Assembly (NCBI GenBank): GCA_964016885.1 | Contig: OZ024752.1 | Span: 31,682,001-31,746,000 of the forward strand | Direction of reading: 5' to 3' | Origin: Eledone cirrhosa | Lineage: Eukaryota | DNA length: 64,000 nt | Part shown: piece after piece, positions 13,485 to 25,931 of the stretch | Layout of the letters: every line of letters begins with the position of its first letter | Position numbering within the stretch: the stretch's first letter is position 1 | The notes under the pieces: model-generated | What the model was told of the DNA's origin: nothing | What the model saw: the letters and a program-made list of their open reading frames with translations, nothing else | Database searches by the model: none | Position numbers and translations under genes: made by a program

Positions 13485-14057
13485 CAACATATCAACGTCA
13501 CAATATCACAATGTCTCAACGTCACAATGTCTCAACGTCACAATGTCACAACGTCACAATATCACAATGTCTCAACGTCACAATGTCTCAACGTCACAAT
13601 GTCTCAACGTCACAATGTCTCAACGTCACAATGTCACAACGTCACAATATCACAATGTCTCAACGTCACAATGTCTCAACGTCACAATGTCTCAATGTCA
13701 CAATGTCTCAACGTCACAATGTCACAATGTCTCAACGTCTCAACGTCACAACGTCACAATGTCTCAACGTCACAATGTCACAATGTCTCAACGTCACAAT
13801 GTCTCAACGTCACAACGTCTCAACGTCACAATGTCTCAACGTCACAATGTCTCAACGTCACAATGTCTCAACGTCACAATGTCTCAACGTCACAATGTCT
13901 CAACGTCACAATATCACAATGTCTCAACGTCACAATGTCTCAACGTCACAATGTCACAATATCCCAACGTCACAATGTCACAACATCTCAATATCACAAC
14001 GTCACAATGTCACAACGTCTCAACGTCACAATATCTCAACCTCACAACGTCACAACG
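13485..14057. repeat. 8-bp variant-unit minisatellite (tcacaatg/tctcaacg/tcacaacg/tcacaata)
   Basis: Strict octamer register with a dominant 16-bp dimer tctcaacgtcacaatg. Confidence 0.93.
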
Positions 14058-14061
14058 CGAC

Positions 14062-14300
14062 AGAGTTCAAATCCGACAGAGGTCAATTTTGCCTTTCATC
14101 CATTCGAGGTCGATAATAAAAGTACCAGTCTAGTACTGGGGTCGATTCTTCCTCTATATCTCTTTCACATTTCCTCTCTCTCTCTCTCTTTCTATCTTTC
14201 TCTAGAAGAAATATGCTGTACTCTGGCCCGGAGAGGATCGGGCTCCGCCAGGCTTAAAATACCCAATAAACTCTGTATGTCAATACGGCGCCCCTACGAC
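14062..14300 (+). mobile_element. SINE family B (Nin/Deu-like core, different CT-rich tail), head missing
   Basis: gagttcaaatcc...gcctttcatccattcgaggtcgataat...gtcgattcttcctctatatc. Homologous to 23960-24300, 35690-35990 and 52560-52920. Confidence 0.75.
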
Positions 14301-14451
14301 TTCATCAGCCGTAACGGAACCATACAATACCATGTATTATAAATGTAATATATGTCTATGTATATAAGCATGCAAATGTATATACATGTATATACAGGTA
14401 CATGTATGATGTGTGTATACATAGTAGAGTATTTCCTATTCAGTACGCATT

Positions 14452-15098
14452 AATAATTGTTTCTACTTTTGGCACAAGGCCAGCAATTAACCAGTACATT
14501 ACTGGTACTTTATTTTATCGACCCCTTAAGGATGAAAGGCAAAGTTAACCTCGGCGGGATTTGAACTCAGTATGGCAAGGGCCGTAACTCTGTGCGTCAA
14601 AGCATGGCGTCCGACCCTCTACCGATACTGCCAATCCACCGCCCTACGCATTAATAATGGTGGATTGGCAGTATCGGTAGAGGGTCGGACGCCATGCTTT
14701 CCAGCATAGTTACGTCCCTTTACGATCTGAGTTCAAATCCCGCCGAGGTTGACTTTGCCTTTCATCCTTACGGGGGTCGATAAAATAAAGTACCAGTAAT
14801 GCACTGGGTAATTGCTGGCCTTATGCCTAAAGTAGAAACAATTATATTATATATTTCAATTACATATATATAATTCAATCTTAATTCATTTCATCGGTGT
14901 ATTATTGAATTGGTGAATTGGCAGTATCGGTAGAGGGGTGGACGCCATGCTTTCTAGCATAGTTATGTCCCTTTGCAGTCTGAGTTCAAATCCCACCGAG
15001 GTTAACTTTGCCTTTCATCCTTACGGGGTCGATAAAATAAAGTACCAGTAATGTACTGGGTAATTTCTGGCCTTGTGCCAATAGTAGAAACAATTATT
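14452..15098. mobile_element. Cluster of three family A SINEs (14452-14643 minus; 14658-14845 plus; 14912-15098 plus)
   Basis: Full ~190-bp copies. tacgcattaataat is duplicated at 14444 and 14645 (TSD-like). Confidence 0.9.
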
Positions 15099-15349
15099 GA
15101 ATATTAATTATGTATGGAAATCAAATAACTTCATTTTTTTTTTTTTTTTTGTTTTAATCAGAAATCATTCAGTAGTTTCTAATCAGATAGATGCAGTTTT
15201 TGTCAAACAAATATAAAATCGAATTTCTCTCCCTTCAATTCTAATTACAAATAATGTATCTCTCGAATTTGATAAACATTCCTTGTTAGAAAAAAATAAG
15301 ACACTCTATGTTATCTTTCCTGTTTAATTATTTGATACTTCCTATTCAG

Positions 15350-15719
15350 AAAGAGAGTGAGAGAGAGGGCGATAGGGGGGGGGAGACATTAAAGTGTAGA
15401 AACTTTCGGATGGAGCGAGAGTGAGAGAGGGAGAGAGAGAGAAAGAGAGAGAGAGAGTGAGAGTGAGAGAGAGAGGGAGAGAGAGAGAGAGAGAGAGATA
15501 CATTAAAGTGTAGAAACTTTCGGATGGAGCGAGAGAGAGAGAGAGAGAGAGAGTAAGAGAGAGAGAGATAGCTATACATTAAAGCGTAGAAACTTTCGGA
15601 GTGTGATAGAGTGAGAGAGAGAAAGAGAGAGGGAGAGAGAGAGAGAGAGATACGTTAAAGTGTAGAAACTTTGAGAGAGAGAGAGAGAGAGAGAGAACTA
15701 TACAATAAAGTGTAGAAAC

Positions 15720-15754
<35 letters not shown>

Positions 15755-15835
15755 TATACAATAAAGTGTAGAAACTTTGGGAGAGAGAGAGAGAGAGGGA
15801 GAGGGAGAGAGAGAGACATTAAAGTGTAGAAACGT
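15350..15835. repeat. Anchor-plus-(GA)n composite tandem repeat (7 anchors)
   Basis: acattaaagtgtagaaac-like anchors at ~15386, 15499, 15576, 15652, 15702, 15758 and 15815, separated by variable GA tracts. Confidence 0.9.
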
Positions 15836-16052
15836 TGGGGTAACTGCAATTCATCTGGTTTCCATATTGTATTCCCGGTGTGGGTGGGGGATGGTAGTTA
15901 GTGTTGAGACTGAGAAGGTAATATTTACCACCATCTTGTTACTTAGAAATTTACTCATATATCAAAGACTGTTGGACAAAGAGGTGAGGATCGGTCACCG
16001 GCACGGCACAGCTTCAAAAGGGGCCATTTGATTACAAACGAATCGAACATTA

Positions 16053-16566
16053 TCCCGCCGAGGTTAACTTTGCCTTTGATCCTTACGGGAGGGGGGGGGG
16101 TTGATAAAATAAAAAGTACCAGTAATACACTGGTATAATTGCTGGCCTTGTGCCAAAAGTAGAAACAGTTATTAAATGGGAGGATTGGCAGTATCGGTAG
16201 AGGGTCGGACGCGATGCTTTGTAGCATAGAGTTACACCCCTTTACGGTCTGAGTTCAAATCCCGCCGAGGTTAACTTTGCCTTTCCTCCTTACGGGGTCG
16301 ATAAAATAAAGTACCAGTAATGCACTGGGTTATTGCTGTCCTTGTGCCTAAAGTAGAAACAATTATTAAATGGGCGGTGGATTGGCAGTATCGGGAGAGG
16401 GTCGGACGCCTTGCTCTGCAGCATAGAGTTATGCCCTTTTACGGTCTGAGTTCAAAACCCACCGAGGTTATCTTTGCCTTTCCTCCTTACGGGGTCGATA
16501 AAATAAAGTACCAGTAATACACTGGGATAATTGCTGGCCTTGTGCCAAAAGTAGAAACAATTATTA
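16053..16566 (+). mobile_element. Tandem trio of family A SINEs
   Basis: Partial copy at 16053-16175 and full copies at 16177-16368 and 16372-16566. Confidence 0.9.
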
Positions 16567-16805
16567 GATGTTCGATATAACCCATACGTACATATGTATA
16601 TGTATATATGTGTGTGTGTGTGTATGTATATATATATAAATATGTGTGTGTGTGTGTGTGTGTATATACATATATATGTGTGTACGTGTGCATACTTACT
16701 AATGTATCCAAGTGCAACAAGCTTATTAAACAGAAATAACAAAGCGAACGACATAGTAGGATGAAGAAATGTATTAGTTTAATGCTTGATCTAGTAGCAA
16801 AAAAG

Positions 16806-16841
16806 TCTTAAGGTTTCGGAGAATAGTCCTTCATCAGAAAA
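16806..16841 (-). ncRNA. Minimal hammerhead ribozyme motif (same family as 8048)
   Basis: Minus strand reads tttt-CTGATGA-aggactattctcc-GAAA-cc-TT-aaga. Confidence 0.55.
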
Positions 16842-16981
16842 TAGAATCAGAAATAAAAGATGAAATAGAAAGAAAGTGAGAAGAAGAAAGGAAACATTTT
16901 TTTTTTCGAAAAAACTGTGTGTATTCAGTCAGACATTTTGGAGAATATATCTATATATATATATATATACATACATACATA

Positions 16982-17169
16982 TAGGAACGAGTAGGACCCC
17001 GACGGCTGAGCTCAAGCCGTTTCGACGGCTAATTCTGGACTCAGCCGACGGCTAATTCTGAGCTCAGCCGTCGGAGTCCTACTCGTTCCTATTACCCACT
17101 CTACTACCCTAAGTATTGAGTACTTTGGTGCGTTATGGTCCATCTGGTTCCTTACCACATTTCCTTCGT

Positions 17170-17171
<2 letters not shown>
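16982..17171. mobile_element. Family X fold-back insertion in (TA)n
   Basis: Short arm taggaacgag...ctggac is inverted against the long arm ending ccttcgttatata. Confidence 0.75.
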
Positions 17172-17247
<76 letters not shown>

Positions 17248-17327
17248 CAGGTTTGTTTATCTGACCTGATTGGTTTTTTCGTTGCTTTGGTATTATGTGT
17301 CTAACGTTTGTTATTACTCTAAGGTAT

Positions 17328-17520
17328 CGGTGGATTGGCAGTATCGGTAGAGGGTCGGGCGCCATGCTTTGACGCACAGAGTTACGGCCCTTGCCATTCT
17401 GAGTTCAAACCCTGCGCAGGTTAACTTTGCCTTTCATCCTTACGGGGTCGATAAAATAAAGTACCAGTAATGCACTGGTTAATTTCTGGCCTTGTGCCAA
17501 AACGTAGAAACAGTTATTAT
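17328..17520 (+). mobile_element. Family A SINE with TSD
   Basis: gttatta(c/t)tctaaggt at 17310 and 17513. Confidence 0.9.
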
Positions 17521-17621
17521 TCTAAGGTGAAACAAGCTTATTCAGTGCTTTGCTGTACATTCCTAATTGTGTATCGTTAGCTTGGCCACAGCCAAAACTT
17601 CGATTTTACTAAACTTCCATT

Positions 17622-17667
<46 letters not shown>

Positions 17668-17670
<3 letters not shown>

Positions 17671-17865
17671 CGAAGGAAATGTGGTAAGGAACCAGGTGGA
17701 CCATAACGCACCAAAGTACTCAATACTTAGGGTAGTAGAGTGGGTAATAGGAACGAGTAGGACTCCGACGGCTGAGCTCAAGCCGTTTCGACGGCTAATT
17801 CTGGATTTTAGTCCAGAATTAGCCGTCGAAACGGCTTGAGCTCAGACGTCGGGGTCTTACTGGTT

Positions 17866-17870
<5 letters not shown>
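17668..17870. mobile_element. Family X fold-back insertion in (TA)n
   Basis: Palindrome centred on ctggattttagtccag (~17808). The long arm is on the left, and the short arm ends gttcctatat. Confidence 0.8.
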
Positions 17871-17910
<40 letters not shown>

Positions 17911-18441
17911 TATTACTGATACTTTTTATATATATTTTTCCAAATTGAAGTATGAGTATTTTAAACTTTATTTTATCATGAGTTAAGGCTCTGTTGATTT
18001 TTCCCTGGATTCCACCGAATTCTGTGGATGAATCTATATCCTGATTCTTTTTGAATTGTGTTTGAATTATTTTCCCATATCTTACGTTAACTATTTTTCC
18101 ATTTTGACGCTATAGTCACTTATATATTATGGAATACTGTTGGCTTCTTGCTACAATACTTTCTATACTTTTCATTTATATTATATATATATATATATAT
18201 ATATTAGTACCTGTTACATTGCGGCTACAACTTCGATTCATACCCTATATACACATATCGAGAGTTTGTGATCGATATCCGTTCACATAGATCGATATTA
18301 AATCACAGTTTACAGTTAAAGAAATGGCGCTATAAGGTCTCTTTTGACGCCATCTTGAGTACATGTTCTTCTCTGTAACATGTATTTAGTATATGTACAA
18401 CATACTGTGTCTTCTGTCGATATATGGTTCTCCCCCCCCCC

Positions 18442-18489
<48 letters not shown>

Positions 18490-18570
18490 TATACTACTTT
18501 TGATATATATATATACATATATATAGTGACGAAACATAAGTCAATTGCATAAACTCATAATCCTTTATTT

Positions 18571-18628
18571 ACTGCTATATATATATTTCGATGATAGCCA
18601 TTGAATGGCTATGACCTCATCAGGCAGT
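18571..18628 (-). ncRNA. Type I hammerhead ribozyme motif, well formed
   Basis: Minus strand reads actgc-CTGATGA-ggtcatagccattcaatggctatcatc-GAAA-tatatata-TA-gcagt. Stem I is 5 bp, stem II ~11 bp with a G-C base pair, and stem III is palindromic. Confidence 0.88.
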
Positions 18629-18779
18629 TAGTCAGTTCTTAGATATGCCAGCTCTGTGTTTATAGTGTTGATGGTATCAGAGCCTTGGGATATATATATA
18701 TAACAGAGAGAGAGAGAGAGAGAGACATCTTTTATATAGAAATGGCTTCTACAAGACTAGAACTGTTTCACTCGCGCAT

Positions 18780-18780
<1 letters not shown>

Positions 18781-18828
<48 letters not shown>

Positions 18829-18850
18829 GAGTAGGAGGAGGAGGAGGAAG
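18781..18850. repeat. (TAG)n grading into (GAG)n
   Basis: Direct reading. Confidence 0.9.
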
Positions 18851-18904
18851 AGTCAAATTACGCAATAAAATAAAGTAGAGAGTTAGACTCGTTTCATCCA
18901 TCCA

Positions 18905-19657
18905 ATCCATCACCCCCACCACCACACGACCCCCTTCAACAACAGCACCACTACCATCTCACACCCTTCAACACCACCACCAACACAACGACAGCAACCC
19001 CTTCAACATCACAACCCACACCATCTCCTTCAGCACCACCACCCCTGGAACCCCCCCGCAGCAGCACCACCACCACCGCACTCCTTCACCACCCCATCCC
19101 CACCCACCACCACCAAGACAAACACCTCCCCCCCCCTTCAACACCCCCACCCACCCCTCCTCCTTCAATACCGCCATCACTACTACCACCCTACCATCCC
19201 CTTCAACACCACCCCCACCAACACCCTCTTCAACACCCCACCACCCTCCTCCTTCAACACCACCACCACAGCCCCTTCAACACCCCCACCCACCCCCACC
19301 TACCACCACCACCACCTTCAACACCACCATCACTACTACCCCCCCCAACCACACCCCACCCCCACCCCCGCAAACACCCACCACCACCAAGACCCCACCA
19401 CCCCCATCCTTCAACACCACCATCACTACTACCACCCCCTTCAACACCCCCACCCACCACCACCACCAAGACCCCACCACCCCACCGCCCCCATCCTTCA
19501 ACACCACCATCACTACAACCACCGCCTTCAACACCATCACCACCACCCCAAACACCCACCACCACCACCAAGACCCCACCACCCCAACCTTCAACACCAC
19601 CATCACTACTACCACCCCCTTCAACACCACCACCACCACCACCACCACCACCACCAT
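18905..19657. repeat. C-rich degenerate minisatellite (ccttcaacacc anchors with CAC/CCC tracts)
   Basis: About 15 ccttcaacacc-like anchors. Extreme C/A skew, so the minus strand is G-rich. Confidence 0.9.
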
Positions 19658-19881
19658 CAGGTCAAGTAAAGAAATAAGTAGAGAGATCTTACTGTTCAAA
19701 CTAACCAGTCTTTAATATTACAGTTTTAATAGAAAACCAGCCTGAGGCTCATGCCTTGCCGTCAGATTTCCAGATTTACTCTAGAATGAAAATGTTGTAT
19801 TGGGATAAATGATTCAATTATATGAGATAAGATTCCCTCTTAAAGCACTTAACTATTGCTTCTATGTCAATATATATGTGT

Positions 19882-19977
<96 letters not shown>

Positions 19978-19984
19978 GTGTGTG

Positions 19985-20049
19985 TATGTGGTGTAACTAT
20001 TGCTATCGTATCTCTATATATATATTTGTTTAATGTTTATTGTGTGCAT

Positions 20050-20101
<52 letters not shown>

Positions 20102-20180
20102 ATGCACACAATAAACATTAAACAAATATATATATATTGACATGATAGTAATAGTTACACCACACACACATACACACACA
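19985..20180. repeat. Imperfect palindrome centred on (TA)n
   Basis: ggtgtaactatt...tttaatgtttattgtgtgcatacac is inverted to gtgtatgcacacaataaacattaaac...aatagttacacc about ~20071. Confidence 0.85.
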
Positions 20181-20224
20181 CACATACACCACCCTACCAT
20201 CCCCTTCAACACCACCCCCACCAA

Positions 20225-20405
20225 TTTATAATATATATATATGTAAATATATGTATATATATATATATATTTATGTATGTATGTATGTATATATATGTGT
20301 GTACATATATATAGTTATAAATATATTTATATTTATATATATGTATATTTATATATATATGTGTGAGTGTGTGTGTGTATGTGTGTGTAACTAATGCTAT
20401 CGTGT

Positions 20406-20476
<71 letters not shown>

Positions 20477-20761
20477 TATTGTTTAGTTGTTGGATTGTTT
20501 CGGGGGTTCTTGGACAGAAATACACAATACCCACGGGTGAATGTGTATTTAGATATGTATTATGTATATATGGTATATATGCATCTATGTATGTATGTGT
20601 ATGTATATATATATATATATATATACATACGCACTAACACTATATATATATAGAGATAGATAGATAGATAGATAGATAGATGCATATACCTATAGGAGGA
20701 TACACATATACATACTTACATACATAAATATATACAAAATTACATACACACATACATACAT

Positions 20762-20792
<31 letters not shown>

Positions 20793-20965
20793 TACATAGA
20801 TATAGATATATACATACATACGTACATACATATGTACATTCATACATACATACATGCATACACACATACATACACACATACATACATACATACACACATA
20901 CATAGATATAGATATAAATATATACATACATACATACGTACATACATATGTACATACATACATAC

Positions 20966-21022
<57 letters not shown>
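20225..21022. repeat. Compound TA/TAGA/TACA microsatellites
   Basis: Direct reading. Confidence 0.85.
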
Positions 21023-21024
<2 letters not shown>

Positions 21025-21389
21025 GTTATATATCTCCCTTACGTTGCCTCACCAGTGTAATATCTTTAAGGAAAGCGATATAGCTAGAAGACGGATTTTT
21101 AGCAAATAAAATTATATTAAGCTTACACTTCAAACATACATCTCTTGCCCCAGGATCCTCTTCTCTCTAGTACTATATGACTGGTTAATAAAAATAATAA
21201 TAATAAATATCTTATCAGTAGCCTTATTTTTATTACGAACGTTCACTACTTAGATAAGCTTAGCTCAAGGCACCTTAAGTGTGTGCAGTTTGGTTACCGT
21301 TTGCTTTCCTCTGAATAATTATACTTATCCATTTCCAGTTGCGTTGATTCTACTTTCTGTAGTCTCGAAACCAGAGTGTCATCAGACCG

Positions 21390-21905
21390 GTGCTTATCCA
21401 GGTTTCCGTGACATTACGGGGGACTGAGAGTACAAGATTCCACACCCAACCTGGACATGAGGCCAGTCCATCGAGGGGGTTAAAGTCTGTGTCAAGCCTG
21501 GAGATACATCAGGGCCATGCTTATCCTGGTTTCCCAGTCGTGAAGTGACCGAAAGTACAACGGATAAGACACCGGTCCATCGAAGGTTTAGACCCCTAGC
21601 TATTGACGCTGGTACCCATTTTCTGTTGAGTATACTGGAGCATAATATCGTGGGTTCGATTCTTGGGCTGAGTTGCGTGTTGTACTCTTGAGCAAAACAC
21701 TTCATTTCACATTGCTCAAGTATACGCAGCTGAAAATGAGTACCAGCAATAGCTGGAGGTTTAACCCTGTGATGGACTGGCGTATTATCCAGGGGGGGGG
21801 GGGGGAGTCTTGTAATCTCAGTCGCTTCACGCCATGAAACCGAGATAAACACCAGCCTGAGTCTGCCTGAAGCCATTGAAGGCTTAAGACAGACTTAGAC
21901 TTTAA
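21390..21905. mobile_element. Two family C SINE parts in opposite orientation (21390-21640 minus; 21640-21905 plus)
   Basis: gggttcgattct...cttgagcaaaacacttcatttcac...gatggactggcgt on plus, with reverse-complement tail modules upstream. Confidence 0.75.
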
Positions 21906-22477
21906 GGACAACTTGGAGTGATGTTAATGGATGTGAGTCAACTATATATTTCGCTCCAGCCGGTTTAATAAAATTCTACCAAGTACTACCAAGTACTAAG
22001 GTTGACCTAATAGTCTGAAATATATTCCAACACAATCCATGCAGGCATATTAGACTGTGTCTATTATGAACGCAGAAGTGTAGTAGAGCTATAAAAGACT
22101 GTAATAAAACATAAATCAAATCATCTTACACTTTCTGTTTTACTCTTTCTAAATTCCGACATTAAATGTCGCCAAGTATCAATGAAACAAATACATCATT
22201 AGGCTATATTCAATCATTCACCTATTTTACGAAAACGTGACAATCCACTCATGTACTACACAAAAATCGATAGTAAATACAAATGTAATGAAATGAAGCG
22301 AGACTGAAAGGCGACGGGGAAATATAATAACCACGTGCTTACTTCGGAGGATGATTTTATATCCAGAACGGTAAAATAAATACCAGTGACATACTAGGGT
22401 TGGAGGTATTCGCTTATATCCTTTAAAAAAATTTTCCTCAAACATGAGAAACTGATCATTATTATAATAGTTTCCGA

Positions 22478-23388
22478 GGGCGGTGGATTGGCAGTATCGG
22501 TAGAGGGTCAGATGCAATGCTTTGCAGCACAGAGTTACACCCCTTTATGATCTGAGTTCAAATCACGCCGACGTTAACTTTGCCTTTCATCCTTACGGCG
22601 TCGATAAAATAAAGTACCAGCCATGCACTGGAGTCGATTTAATCGACTTCCCCCTCCCCCCAAAATTGCTGGCCTTGTGCCTAAATAAGAAACCATTATA
22701 TTAATAGTTTCTGGTGTAGGTACAAGGCCAGCACTTTGAGGGGAGGCGGAATCGATTCGATTGATCCCAGTGCGTTACTGGTAGTTTATTTTATCGACCT
22801 GGTAAGGATGAAAGGCAAAGTTAACCTCGGCCGGATTTGAATTCATAATGTAAACAGCCGTAACTCTATACCGCAAAACATGTTGTCCGACGCTCTACCG
22901 AATGTGCCAACCCACCGCTCTAGTTATATATAATACAATACAAAGTTAATTTCATTGGCATTTCATAACAAAAGCAAATAGATGAAACTAAATACTTGTT
23001 TCTACTTTAGGCACAAGGCCAGCAAATTACCCAGTGCATTACTGGTACTTTATTTTATCGACCCCGTAAGGATGAAAGGCAAAGTTAACCTCGGCGGGAT
23101 TTGAACTCAGATCATAAAGAGCCATAACTCTGTGCTGCAAAGCATGGTGTCTGACGCTCCACCGAACCCGCCAATCCACCGCCTTAATAATAATAATAAT
23201 AAGTGTTTCTACTTTTGGTACAAGGCCAACAAATTACCCAGTGCATTACTGGTACTTTATTTTATCGACCCCGTAAGGATGAAAGGCAAAGTCAACCTCG
23301 GCGGGATTTGAACTCAGATCGTAAAGGGACGTAACTATGCTTGAAAGCATGGCGTCCGACCCTCTACCGATACTGCCAATCCACCCCC
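22478..23388. mobile_element. Cluster of four family A-type SINEs (22478-22698 plus; 22705-22918, 22996-23183 and 23200-23388 minus)
   Basis: Shared head and core. The first two carry an extra gtcgatttaatcgac...ccctcccc segment. Confidence 0.88.
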
Positions 23389-23959
23389 TAAATACTGTCA
23401 TATATTTAGTCTGGCAATTGCACACCTTCAACGTCTCCATCTTAACTTTAATATAATATATTAGATGTGAGATGTTGGAAACCACTTTAAGAGATCTTAT
23501 AATGTTTGTTTAATTCGAATCTAGTTCAATGTTTGCCCGTAATTCGGCTGATATAAGGCAGACATCACTGCTGTCTATACACAGAACAAGTATTGTCTGG
23601 AAAGATCATATAAACATAATGAGGAGGAGGAGATGACGTATAGGGATAAACAATGAAGTGTATTTAAATACTATGCCGGATGTTGAGTGCTCTATATATC
23701 AGTATATATCAGAACAATCTAAATGTAGCAAGGAGAAGAGTTGGAATAAGAGTCCTTGCATATTGGGACAAAAAGCTAATATTGAACATATCGATTTGCC
23801 AGCGATTTAATGGCAACCTATCAGTGTGATAACAATGAAACAGCTGTTATTTTTGTTGTTCAACCTTAGATAATCTCATATCGAGCGAATATTTGACGAA
23901 AAGAATCGCAGGTGTGACCATTCCACTTATCTAGGATTATGTAGCAGTATATATTATCT

Positions 23960-24300
23960 AAGGCGGTGACTTAGCAGAGTTCTTAGAATTTTGGATACAA
24001 TGATTTCTGGTATTCATTTCGACTCTCTGCTCCCTGAGTTTAAATCCCACCTAGGTCAACTTTGCTTTACATCCATTCAAGATCAATAAAAAAGAAAATG
24101 CACCAGTCTAGTACTGGAGTCGATTCTTCCTCTATATCTCTTTCTCACTTCCATTCTCTCACTCTCTTTATCTCTCTCTCTGGAAGAAATAAGATGTATT
24201 CAGACCTGGAGATGATTGGGTTCCGCCGGGTTTTGGAATGACAGAGAGAAACTTGAGGTAGATTTGGCTGCTAGTTCTAGCAGACAGAATAATCAGGTAG
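23960..24300 (+). mobile_element. SINE family B, diverged full-length copy
   Basis: ggcggtgacttagcagag head, gagtttaaatccc box B, and a tail as at 14062. Confidence 0.7.
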
Positions 24301-24374
24301 AAGACAAAAATTAAACAGGATTTTTCCACGATAGTAATTGTAAGATTTTACATTACAATTATCGTCTGCTTTAT

Positions 24375-25015
24375 GAAAATGGTGGATGTGTGCTACACGA
24401 GAATGCTGAACATGGCTCTGAACATTAATCAGTATACACTGAGGTTCAAGAACTCAGAGCTATATAGGAGCCTCCCAAAAGTCAGCTCGAAAGTACCGCA
24501 GAGGAGACTAAGGTTAGCTGGGCATGCTCACCTACATTCAGAGTTTTACACTGCACTCAGTGGTTCTGTGGGACCCGCTACACGGACACACTAGAAGAGG
24601 GAGACCGAGGTTGACATATGTTCATGCCCTAAGGACAGACACTGGTCTCTTGGAGACGCAGGACATGGCAGCGATGATGAGGGACAGAGACCGCTGAAGA
24701 GAACTCGTCCATGGATCTCGGGAATTTTACCCGCTCTAGATAGATAAATATATATGGAGAAAAAATTCAATTACCCATAAATTGTGTGTGTGAATGTGTG
24801 ATTGTGTGTGATTGTTCGCGTACGAGCGTTTGTGTGTATGTCTATTGTTTTATATAATGCAAATAATCTAAAGTTTAAAGATATTTTTCATGCCCCAAGG
24901 ACAGACACTGGTCTCTGGTAGACGTAGGATATGGCTGCGATGATGAAGGACAGAGACCGCTGGAGAGAACTTGTCCATGGATGTCGGGAATTTTACCCGC
25001 TCTAGATAGATAGAT
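24375..25015 (+). mobile_element. RTE 3' fragment + 150-bp flank shared with the 1385 copy + second RTE tail (24888-25015)
   Basis: 24375-24890 closely matches 1470-1986, including the post-tail flank. It is followed by another tgccc.aaggacagacac...tagatagata tail. Confidence 0.88.
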
Positions 25016-25931
25016 TATGCTAGTAAAGAACCAAGTTAATGAACGCTTCCATATATTCCAGTTTTCTAAAATGTGCGGAGCTATTTCCTTTTTACAACAT
25101 GAATTTATTTATTTGAAAGCCATATTTCACCATCAGTTCTACAGTTTATTTATACATTTGGAACTAAAATAACACAAGCAACACGTTTTCTTTTTATTAT
25201 ATCCACCACCAATTAACTATCAACATATTTCTTGTATCATATCTTCTTTAAAGAATCCCCATTTAACAGAATTCTATTTTGGTATTTTTTTTAGATAATC
25301 GCCTCTATTGTTATTGTTTAACCCAGGGTTACTCCAGACACAAGCAGACTTTTCATTGTTGGTACTCGAGCCAATGCGTGTCACTTCATTCTCTAAATCA
25401 GAAACTATATTGCCCAAGGTATCCGTTACATTTGTAAGACTTTAGGTTATGAGTTTCTGATCTTGTAATAAATGAAGCAACCCTGTAGATGTTTTCTCTT
25501 TTAGCAGCATGTGTAAGTAAGAAGTTAGGACATATTGAAATCTATAAAATTCACTTGACTCTATAGGAAATGTTACGTGAGAAGATTCCTCGTTTATTTT
25601 ATGTAATGTTAAATCTTCACCTAAGAACAAGTAAAAGATTTTATTACATTTATTCCGTCCATGAAAACAGATTGGATAATATATTACGTATATATTGGAA
25701 GTGCAAACAACGAAAAATGAGATGATTAATCGACATAAAAAAAGGGATTTTTCACGAATATTTAACTAACACAGCGACATATCATTGACTGGGTGATCGA
25801 TATACGACCAAAAAAGTTGACTTCATTAACTACCCAGTATCGTAATACATCAGTCGTGTTTGTAAATAAACACATACATACATACATACATACATACATA
25901 CATACATACATACATACATACATACATACAT

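Noticed and set aside
13479-14342. 200-290 aa ORFs of SQCLNVTM repeats
   Set aside because: All three frames give the same repeat because of the 8-bp period. One frame runs into a SINE.
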